From the NCBI GenBank assembly GCA_043228905.1, contig JBHGNT010000016.1:18414001-18478000 (forward strand): a stretch of DNA of 64,000 nt. The letters run 5' to 3'. Of the stretch, positions 25,924 through 37,000 are shown piece after piece; position 1 is the first letter of the stretch, and each line of letters starts with the position of its first letter. The notes under the pieces were generated by a model. It was not told where the DNA came from. It made no database searches and saw nothing but the letters and a program-made list of their open reading frames with translations. The position numbers and the translations under genes were made by a program. Origin of the DNA: Azolla caroliniana (lineage: Eukaryota > Plantae > Polypodiophyta).

Positions 25924-26487
25924 CTATCTCTCTTTATCTCCCTCTGCTACGCTCTGTACAACAGTTACACCTATATCTCTATACAAAATAATGACAACCA
26001 ACTTTTTAATACTATTTTCCCTAGGTCATATTTATACTAATATGACTTTCGGGCTATTTACAAATATAGCCCTTTTGGGCTCTCTAGAACATATTTATAT
26101 ATATGTCCCTTCAACCGGTGAGAGGTTCTCACCAGGCCTGCGTCATCCGGTTCTCACCGGGTACTCATCATCCGGTTCTCACCGGGTCTGCGTCATACGG
26201 TTCTCACCGGGTCTTCCTTGTCGGGTACTCATATCCCAGCCGGAGGGACCGAAATCCTAACAAGATGTGTACAACAAACAACACAGATATGCAAGAAGAA
26301 GAAGGGTGGGAGATAGATCTGGATTAAGCTTTAATGGAAGTTCTCTCTTATTCTCTTCTCTGTACCTCTCTTTTCTCTAGGATATTCTTTACAATGTTAG
26401 GTTTGAGTTTATATACTCAAGCCCTAACTAGAGAATGTGTTCACATTAAGGATACAAAGTGGAATGAGTCGACCTTTTATGCCAACA

Positions 26488-27700
26488 CTATGGTATGATC
26501 ATTTGATCATCCCAAGTGGTAAGGGGTATTTACGAGGATTCAAGTGATATTTGTCTTGCGAGCGATTTCAAGACTATGATGTGGAGGAAGATGGTGTTAT
26601 ATGTAGATCAACGATACAACCAGAGATCTTGCAACATGCTACATTCTCTAAAATAAGGGTCCTTGCATATTGTGGATCAAAGTGAATCATCAACCCCACA
26701 AATCGATGCAGTCAAGGAACATTGGAAACTGGGAGTATTTGAAAAGAAATCCTTAATAAGGTTGCAATGGGATCTAGGGGAATTTCAGTGGAAAGATCCA
26801 TTTAACCATTCAGAAAAAAGGTGTGGTTTTTTTCGGTACTCAGTTTATATTGGACGACACATTTTGGCAGCTCAACGTAGGATTACACCATGGGCTAGTC
26901 AATTTTGGACCCATCAAGGGGTCACATCCGAAGTCTTAGCAAAGTTTTGGAGGACATTATGGGCAAGGAAACAAGAAATGAAAATAAATGTCTTCCAATG
27001 GCTAGTAATAGATAGAGCATTATCAATTGACTAGTGGTTGCAACAATCCGGTGGACCGACTACATGCATCTATTTTAGTTGTCCGATGGAGACATTGAAA
27101 CATTGCTTGTGGGAATGTCAGGCTGCACAATAAGTTTGGAGAAGAGTGTTCCGAATTCTAACCTTTATGTTTAGGGATGACAGTTTTTCGTGGGGTATGG
27201 TATTATGGGCTACGGTAACACAAATGATGTGGCCATATGAGACATGTCGAAATGATACGATTATTAGAATTCAAAGAGGAAGGACAAGGGTGGTGCAACA
27301 AAGTCATATGGAAATTCCTTATATGTTAAAGGCAATGCAAGAGGTATGGGAGCTGTTATGCACCACCATAGTGTGGTTTATTTGGACTGCTAGATGTTCT
27401 AAGGTGTTTGATAATACTATTGTTCATCCCAGTGGAAAGTGCACAGAATGTTTGGATGCAAATGGTGCATACCTTGAAAGGGTAGTATGATGAAATTAGA
27501 GGTGAGACAGATGTTGCAATGTTGCAACGCCTCGAATTTATCGCCTATTGAAAGAAGGCCCCTTTTCTCACACTACAAAATGCAAGACCCATGTGGTTGC
27601 ACCACTAGTATGGTTGTTCCCATCACCAATTACATAACTAGGTTATTGAGTGGTGGAGTGCTGACACTATCTATCCTTTAGGGATAGGGACCCATGGAAG
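26488..27700 (+). mobile_element. Degenerate L1-type LINE 3' region (zf-RVT)
   Basis: FWRTLW...KINVFQWL..RAL, followed by C..C.METLKHCLWEC...VW and VWFIWTARCSKVF, typical of the LINE ORF2 C-terminus. Boundaries are approximate. Confidence 0.7.
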
Positions 27701-27834
27701 AGTGCAACATACCAAGGGAAGCTTGACCGTAGGTCAACATTCTTGTAACTATTTATAACTAATGAAAGGATATTTTCGGGGAAAATAAAAAGAATATGTA
27801 ATTTATTTATGTGTATATTTTTTGTGTTTGGTAT

Positions 27835-27836
<2 letters not shown>

Positions 27837-27870
<34 letters not shown>
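27837..27870. repeat. (TG)n microsatellite
   Basis: Pure TG run. Confidence 0.95.
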
Positions 27871-27880
<10 letters not shown>

Positions 27881-30051
27881 CATATATAATTGTGTGTAAT
27901 ATGTAATATATAAAATATTTTTGTAAGAATGAGAACGACAAAACGTGACGTGGCAATTGTAAACAAGGTGGCCAGAGTTGCTCCCTATGGTCTCTAAAGG
28001 TGGAGGCCACTCTATATGATGGATCACGATAATCAACTATTAAAGACAGAACATATAGAAAGTGTTTGTTCCTTACGTGCTAGCTTGATTGTTTTATGTT
28101 GTAGGTTTAGAAAATTGATATCCAAAATGATTGTTTGCATACTTAAAAGACAAGAAGAAAGAAGGTAAGACATAATGAAATAATAAAAACCATAGAGAAT
28201 ATTGTTTGTATGCATGATCTAGATCCAAAAAAATGTGAATATAATGAATGCAATATTAGACCCATCAGTTTGCACATGAATGCATAACCAAAGCACAAGC
28301 TTTAAAACTGTAGCATTATGCTTGCTCATTTATATTAAAAATTCCAATGAAGCAAGCCCTTGGGAATCTACGAATCAAATCAATGGGGAGCATCTGCAAG
28401 ACGGTCATTTAGGGCCACTTATGGGCCACTTCATGATTGCCAATCCCTAAATGCTTCACTATTGATGATTCCATTAGAAAAAAACTTACTTAGTTCTTGT
28501 TTGTCGAATCTTTTGTGACTACCAATCCGATCGTTGCGGCACAAGAGCTCTCTAGTCTCCAGGACTCGTATCTCGACAGCTTCTGGTGCAGATTCTGTCG
28601 TCTCGGGCCCCAATCTCGATTCCAAATCGGGCAGAGGCAACACCAGAAATATCAAGGGCGAGTTTAACGTAAAGGCACGGACAATTGTGTGGTGGGATGG
28701 AGTGCCATTCACATGTCTAGAACTTGTTCGATGCCACATGTCGCGAAGGTGTGACGCTTTTACGCACTGCTTTTTGGCATTTTGGCATATATGTTATGTG
28801 TACAGTGTATGTATAGATTACTTGTTTGCATTTATGGCCTCACAAATATCTCTAAATTTTTATTCCTAGGAAGCATCTTTGAAAAACACACAACATAAAA
28901 TCAAAGAATTAAATATGTGCCTAAAAGATAGGGTTTGAAAAAACAGCGTGATTCTTTCTTGGGTATTAGGGTTTGCAGGTTTCTTTTGTTCCTCAAAATC
29001 ATTTTGCTTCATGTGTTTTTCTTTTATGACCTGATACTTGTAGAGGCATATATACATATCAAAGAAATAGTCTCTCAGAGAAAAGAGTCTAAACATTTTC
29101 ATACATTGCCATTTAAGCAAGAAATCATTTGGGTATTTGCCAGAAAACAATTTCCAGGAGCTCAATCTAATTCTTGGTCAAGAAAAAAATTTCAATCAGA
29201 GTCTTGGTCAATTTCGAATGCCAAAAAGGAATCAAGTTTTCACACTGGATCTTTGGTTTATAGAAACCTACTCAATTCATTCTTGGCAGCGATGAAATAT
29301 TAGAAATCAAATCTGGGCCTTGGTCGATTTTACAGGGATGTTGGAATTCGTCAGGTCGAATTTGCAGAGACTTAACTTAGGTTCCTGGTCAATGTTTATT
29401 GGATTGATCAATCGTGACTACACTAATCAAATTGGGTCTTGATTGATTCATTTGTTGGAGTTGAATTGGCAGATATTTTATCAGGTAATTCGATAAATTA
29501 TCTGAGCTTCAATGTAAAAAGATCAAGTTTCCTTCTCTGGTGTGTTTTTTCATCTCAGTTTATTTTCTTCTTTTTTGTGTTTATTTTCTTATTGATTTTT
29601 CATTTGCTTTATTTGAATTTTTTGTCACTGATTATTTTGGGCTTTTTTAAAGCTTGTCTTCTTCATAACTATAGATCAGTTTAGGATTCAAAGAATTCAA
29701 TTTTGCTTTAAGAAAATTCTCGTTCATTAATCAAATTAGGGTTTCTGTTATGACCCACATCTTTCTATCCCAAACTTTTTAGTGCTCAACTGCCGAGGAA
29801 TTTTCACGGTGTTAAGAACAAATATTTTTTGAGAAGAGGTAGCAGTGTGAAGAGGATGTTATTGTTTGTGCACACAGATGCCCGATCATCATTATCAATA
29901 GGTTTAATAAAACGCTTACATCCAAACAATGTGATATGTATATGGGTTTCTTGATTTGTTGCAACATCTTGCTACATAAAGCTCTGTACTCATATATATT
30001 TACTCGATATTACAGTTGTCATATACATGGAAACAAAATCACAAATTTCGC

Positions 30052-32856
30052 ATGTCTGGTGATCGTATACTTCTTTCGCTCGGCTTCTCGTCGAAGGGAA
30101 GATTTAAAGATCTTGAAAGCATGGAAAGCTATGGACGCAAGTTACATGAGGCAATGGGATGCATTGCAAACTATGAGACTCCATGTAGTTGTGAAGAAAA
30201 CTTTAACTCGAGCATGGTAGATGTTGGATGGATATGCACAACATCTTGTAAAGATGGAGAAGATAACTCGTCAACAGTGGCAAAGTATCCACATGCTTTG
30301 AATCAAGTCAACAGAGGTCAAGAAAGGGTTCATCATATGACTCTGGATCTGGATTTGAAATTGGGTCTCACGGTATGCAATACGAAGGTTTTATCAAAGG
30401 TCTGTATTATGCCAACATATCATAAGGGGAATTTCTTTTTAGGAAGAACTTACTCTGAAGATAGGATTTCCATCGATTCCGAGAATGTTAAGTGCATCTT
30501 TGATATAGAGCAGGAAGTTAAAGCACCAAGAAAAAACCTTGAGATTATACAATGTCACTCTCAACGCTTCGAGACTGTGTCAGAGGATTTTATCAAAAGC
30601 GATAGTTGTTGTGATGAGATAAACCTTGAACTTGGTTTGTGTGGAGGATCCGATTTGGCCTCAAATGTGCCAATTCTATCCATTAGTGCTAATATTTCCT
30701 CAGATATTGTGTCAAATGTACCACATCTTTCCATGGGGACCAGAAATTTCCCCTCCAAGTATGAACATGTCCCAATTCTAGATGAGGGTTCCACTTCTGG
30801 TAAGCTAATGAAGTCTACATTGAATCCAATGACAAAAACAACAGTGGCAGCAACGTTGATGGATGTGAGAGAAAATGAAGCATGGGATCTGGACATTTCT
30901 TCTGATAATGGGCATCCAGGTAGTTTTAGAAAAATTTAGAAGCTTTAGAAAGAAAATGTAGAAGTTTTGACAGTGTTTCTGAAATTTTAAAACTGCAGGG
31001 GCAAAGCAACTAAAATGACTAACATGATTTGTTGCGATATTGAAATTTAAACAGATGATTTGCTGATTATAAAGATTAGCTAGTATGATAGTGTGTCCTC
31101 TTGAAATTGATCTCACTGAATGGATTTTTCGGAATTGAGTGGTATTTTAGGAATTATGGTTAACCAGAGTGGCCTTTTAGGAATTTGGTGAACCCTTTGA
31201 CTAGTATTATAGGAATTATGGTAAAACTGAGTTGCATTTCAATGAGTTGCCCGTGATTTTGAAACTGGTAATCACATGTTGACACATGTAGAGTTGGTGA
31301 AGGCCGATGTTTCATATTCGGGTGCCAGGGGGGAAGTTGGTGCCAAGGATTTACAACCCCAAAGAGCTTCCAAGCAATGCAAGTTCAAAGGATGTAGCAA
31401 GGGGGGCCGAGGTGCGTCAGGGCTCTGCATCGCACACGGTGGTGGTCGGCGATGCCAGAAACTAAACTGCAACAAAGGCGCTGAGGGTCGAACCCTGTTC
31501 TGCAAGGTGCACGGAGGTGGCCGGAGATGCCACTTCCTCGGATGCATCAAAAGTGCTGAAGGGAAGACGGACTTCTGCATTGCACATGGAGGGGGCCGCA
31601 GGTGCCGCCACGATGGATGTGGAAAGGCCGCCAGGGACAAATTGGGTTTATGCATTCGTCATGGAGGAGGTAAAAGGTGTCAGCAAGAAGGGTGCCCAAG
31701 GAGTGCTGAGGGTCTTTCGGGGTTATGCATCTCTCATGGTGGTGGGAGACGCTGTCAACACCCGCAATGTGGGAAAGGTGCACAAGGAAGTACTGGGTTT
31801 TGTAAAGCACATGGCGGAGGAAGAAGATGCCAATATGAAGGATGCACTAAAGGGGCCGAGGGAAGTACATCATTCTGTAAAGCACATGGAGGTGGAAAAA
31901 GGTGTACATACGGTGGAGGAATGTGCACTAAAAGTGTCCATGGAGGTACCTTGTTTTGTGTCGCACATGGGGGAGGTAAGCGATGCTCTATGATCGGTTG
32001 CATGAAAAGTGCAAGAGGTAGAACAAATTATTGTGTTAGACATGGTGGTGGAAAGAGATGCAAATCCGAAGGGTGTGATAAAAGTGCGCAAGGTAGCACT
32101 GACTTTTGTAAAGCACATGGAGGAGGGAAGAGATGTTGGGGACAAGAAGGTTCTGTATATGGTGGAAATGTATTGGATATGCATGGTTTAAGTGGTCAGA
32201 AAGGGTCTTGTGATAAGTTTGTGAGAGGGAAAATGGGGCTTTGTTCAACACATAATGATCTCCTAGAGCAATTTGATATGTCTAGGCATAATGGTTTATC
32301 CGATGTAAGATGTGAGTCATATACTAGTAGTGCTCTCCTTGATCAATTTGACACATGCAGGCATGATTTATCCAACTCAGGGTGTGGATCATATACCAGC
32401 ATTGCTCTCCTTCACTGTGATACATCTATGCATGACATATCCAATACAAGGTTTGGGTCATTTACAGGTAGCAATGTACTACCAAAGCAGCAAACTGCTC
32501 AATTCGAAACTGTCAACCAATCCATCGATATGAGAAGCTATGCTACCAAATCCAATATTGCTTTAGCAAGTGGAAATAATATGTCCACACAACAAATTGA
32601 AAGCCGTCTGCATTGGATCTCCTCGCATGATGTTGGCAGTGCTAGCAATTCTCATGACTTGGGAAGAGTTGTTGGTAAGTATTCGCAAGAGGAAGATGAG
32701 AGAATTTCGTCATGTAGCAAAATGGTAGCTTTGGTTCCTACTTTTCCACATCTATCGTCTAATTCCCCCAACACATTTCCATTCAACAGTTTGGAAGAAA
32801 GGGTTCATGGAGGTAGCCATGTTATGGTACTACTTTCTGATGCAGCCACAACATGA
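30052..32856 (+). CDS. WRKY19-like / loricrin-like HGGG-repeat zinc-finger protein; coding exons 30052-30919 and 31292-32856
   Basis: About ten C-x4-C...C-x2-HGGG[RK]RC repeats, family motifs DEGSTSG and ERVHGG, and EAR-like LDLDLKLGL and INLELGL. The phase-1 GT-AG intron 30920-31291 joins the two ORFs in frame. Probable 5'UTR intron at 29485-30015. The start ATG is uncertain (30052 or 30121). Confidence 0.88.
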
Positions 32857-34022
32857 AATCTGGATTCTCTTATATAACCTAGTTCATTTACTAGGGATGC
32901 CCTCTTAGTTTTGAAGAAATAGGGTTAATTCTTATCTACTCACTTACAAAAGTATATATCATTGGGTGCATTCTCTTCACCCATGTATGTTCATGCAAAG
33001 TGGTTCTTCATATGAGATAATGGCTCATACATATGTTGTCCATACGCACGTAGTCTTTCACATGAACATATAGTTTAAAACATGTACTATAACAAATACA
33101 TATATATACTCATCATGTGTTATGTTCTCCATCATAACAATAGGTTCTACAAAAGCCCATTAATTGAGAACAAGAAAATGATTCCATATTTCCTCATTTT
33201 ATATTAGACAATGCCATTATCGATGCAAATATTTATTAATATAGAATACCAAAGTCATATATCACTTGGTTCAATCATTCATTTTTCTTTCAAATTTCAA
33301 TCAACGTCAAAACAAATGGTTTTCAATCTTTTATTAAAAGTGGTAAGAACCAGTCTACCAATCACATACCAAGGTCAGAACGAATTACAGCAAGAAATCC
33401 ATGTGATCCGGATAGAATGAACTGCTTGATTAACAAACAGCACCAGGCACAGAAACAGAAAGCAAGCAGGGAAAGAGCAAATACAGGTTATGTAGATTTG
33501 TGAGGAAACCTCATTTAAGAGCAACAACAAATTTGAGATCTCCATCATCTTGCAAGTGAAGGCACAACTTAGAAAATAAAGGCAAAATAGACGGAACATT
33601 GATAGAAACATAGACCATTTTTTGAAGACCATAAATTCATGTTTACATAAAAGAAAATTACATGGGAAAGTAAAGAGCATAAACTCATCTTTTACAAAAA
33701 AATACCTTGCAAATCTTGTCTTCTACACATGTCTAGAAGAACATCTTCTCAAGACAACCAAAAATTCAAAAATTGCTCAGTTGTATCCACAAGGTATCGT
33801 GTATATATGAATGTAGAAACTTTCATGTGTATGAATACAGGGAGAGTTTCTTTAAAACATCTCAGTGTTCGTATATTCTATAAGAATTGCAATGCCAAAA
33901 GAAAATATTCCCACAAGGAAAATTTAAAACTAGCATTCTAAGTTTAGAGCATATATTATATTTTAATTCCACATGCAATTAACCTTGCTCTCTATTGGTT
34001 TGCGGCAAAAAATTTATGGTTA

Positions 34023-37000
34023 TCAAGTAATGGTTTCATTTTGAACTTCTTCCCCCTTCAAAGATGACTTCTTCCATCCTCGCCTCCCTCGAGTTTTCCG
34101 TCTCACCACTACAAGCAATGAACTGGCAACACATACAACCTTTATAGCTTCTCTTGCAGCTGCAAAAGAAATAATAAATTCCCGAAAATAAGAGCCACTC
34201 CTTTCAAACACTAGGATGTAATTACCGGAACAATAACCTCACAAATGTTTTTGAGGTTTAGTATATTCTTGTAAATAAGCAAAACGTTGGGGCATTTCTG
34301 TGTTTCTTCCTCGTAGAATTTTAAGATAATGCTACTAAAATCTACTTTTCAGTTTCATTTCATAACATGGTATGATGAGTAGACATTGATCCAAAACTAA
34401 ACCATCATACATACAACCTTACCAAGAGAAAGTATTGAAGTGTCTTTAAATCCTTCGTCGCGCCCTAATGGTGTCAAAGCTTCTTGCTCCAAACCAACTA
34501 TGCCCACAAATCCTCCTCTCATCGACGTCCGCCAAGTGTGAACTTTACCCAATTCCGAGATTCCAGAACAAACACCTGCACCAATGGCCACTTGTTTGAG
34601 CTTGTCTCCATTTGTAACGCTTGGACCTTGGCCATCAACCAGGGTTGCTGGAACATTGTAAACCCCCGAAGCAGGATTTGGTCGGCCATGTGTCCAATGA
34701 TGAACTTCTCCATCATTTGTCAGTGCAATAAAGTCTTCACCATAGCAACCGATATCAATCACCTACGACCAACAAGACATAATTACATGCAAAGCACCAG
34801 CATGAGGCATTCCCTCGTATTTCGCAAACATAGTGATCATGAATCAACATTTAGAAAGTAGAAAATAAAGCCATCACCACAGCAGCCAAGCATCAATCAG
34901 CTATGAGGAACAAGAAATTATGTGCAAACCAAAAATATGATGCATTTGCCTCATACTTGCAACCAATCAACCTTTCAAAACTAAGTATAGAAAGAATGAC
35001 ATAATTAACATCTGTAAATGATTTATGAAACTAACAAAAGATTATGGTTACATATGCTAACTTGTCAAAACGAAAGTAACAAAAGAAAAAAGGAATGCAA
35101 GAGATAAAAGTCAGGAGTAAACGCAACAAAATATTGGCAGCCCATTACATAAATATGATTTCAATTTAAAATAGGAGCTTGAAAAACAATAGATTTTCCT
35201 CTTAGAGAGGCAAATTGCTAATTAAAGGCAACACATAAAGAACAATCCTTACAGAGTGAAAAGTATCTTTTCTTATAATGATGTATCTGAGAGTAAGCCT
35301 ATCAATCAATTACCTTTCGTCCAACCAATGTACCTACGGCTGGCTGGCAAAGTGAAAAAGGTGATGACCATTTGTTTGCAAAACCCGTCAAAACCAAGTT
35401 TGATCCAGGATAATAGCCTTGTCCCCATGTCCATGCACGACCATCATCAGTCATCATGATAGCATGATATACTCTTCCACACTGAAGAACAAAACACCAA
35501 AAAGCAAAGATAAACTTATTTCAATGCACAAAGGCATAATACTACTATATCAGTTCAAATAAGTGTGCATACTACCTGAATCTTTATCGGTTTTCCAGTA
35601 TATCCTGTCACGAGATTCACTTCTTCCATGTAATCCCTTGTTGCCGACCGCATATATACAGATTCTGTATCAGTGATATAACTGTAAAAATAAAAGAATG
35701 TGGCACATTGTTAACGCAAAAAGTAAAAACCTGAGCAGCTACATTTTGAAAGGATATCAGTTATTTTACCCAATGAAAGGAGATTCATCCGCAGCCTCTA
35801 CCATTCCAACACTGACTTGAACGATTCTACCAACATCCTTAGAAGCATCCGGGTTAGATCCAAAAAACGACTCTCGAAGGCTCGGATACCGGGGTTCATG
35901 CCTGAATTGATATGTATGCACCTAACAGTGACAAAAAGTTCATTTAGATATCATGGTGAATGATCTCAGTTCGGCTTTATACTAAGCAATGATATCAGCA
36001 AGTGCGATGACTTACAGGTTCATGAGCTTGAGATCCTTGGAGAATGATGTCTTCACCATTGCTACCCACTGCCACCAAATAAAAAGGATCGGGAACCTAC
36101 AGTTATATGTTAGATTCCAAAATAAGTATGTGTTCATCTCTAGTAGTATAGTATAATAGTGTAAAAACTTTATCCCTAGACTGAAACATCTCCCTACTAC
36201 AAATGAAGATGAGAAACATGATAGCAAACATAAGGAGGCAATAATATCCCCGAGCTTATAATAGCTCTTGCTCTATATACTACTTTGACTGATAATACAA
36301 GTGAAGTATCCTTTGGCATGAAAACAATGGCAGCATGTTGTTCAAGAAGTTGAAGAATAGAAGAGTTGCATAATATACCTGATCTTCTTGTTCAGCCTGA
36401 TAACCAGCCGAAGCCCTATCCACATCTGGCCCTGAGATATCTACAAGAATAATGTGTTTGTCATCTAATAGGGAGATGTGTTCCCATTTGTTACATTGAG
36501 TGTGAATATTCCCATGTTTGCATCGCCAGATCCATACTTGACCAGCCGCAGTTAGTGCAACCAGATGGTGATGACTTGCCTGGTCAGGAAATTCAAAGAT
36601 GCACAAAAGTTATAGCATAACAGAATACAAGACTTATGGCTGACACTCAACCTCAAGATTAATCATTAACGAGAGAGAAAGAAAGATAGATAGAAAGAAA
36701 GATATATTAACGTCTTTTAAGAGGCCAAAATGGCCTATAAGACCAAATAAGAGATTACATCTTGAGTGTTGTCTCGTTTTTGAGAACAAATCAAAATAAA
36801 ATAAATATTACACAGTAAATATAAAAGTAAATAAGATGAAAAGAGAAGAAACGAGGGAATTTGGTTTTTGGCACATGTGAGATTCTCAAGTTAGGTATAT
36901 TGTAGCTTTTGTCTTCGAAAGATCTCTAGCATAGGTCGATCCAGAATGGAAATGTCTCCAAAGCGAGGGAAGCACCAACAATGGCGGGAGATAATGGCTT

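Larger units (their letters stand above)
9074..26262 (-). mobile_element. Ty1/copia element B inserted in the LTR of Z
   Basis: 5' LTR 25585-26262 and 3' LTR 9074-~9613 + 13910-13975. Perfect TSD AGATG (9069-9073 / 26263-26267). PBS 25570-25581 and PPT 13976-13986. Gag 24910-25554; pol pieces 23772-24700, 16689-16786 and 13986-16030. Confidence 0.95.
1..26487 (-). mobile_element. Ty1/copia element Z (oldest host; 5' part only), split into 1-180, 8118-9073 and 26263-26487
   Basis: 1-180 translates on - to a copia protease-like segment (LLDYSAIFHVTP...TIRLGN). ORF 8346-8576 is copia Gag (HINTF...KALALISSLPASWE). tRNA-iMet-type PBS (actctgatacca) at 9010-9021. LTR starts TGTT at 9027, is interrupted by B, and resumes to ...ccAACA at 26487. 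Confidence 0.8.

Noticed and set aside
28431-29684. Short ORFs upstream of the zinc-finger gene
   Set aside because: No domain signal; the region reads as promoter, 5'UTR and intron.
31276-32856. Calling the gene a WRKY transcription factor
   Set aside because: No WRKYGQK domain; only the WRKY19-like zinc-finger repeats are present.
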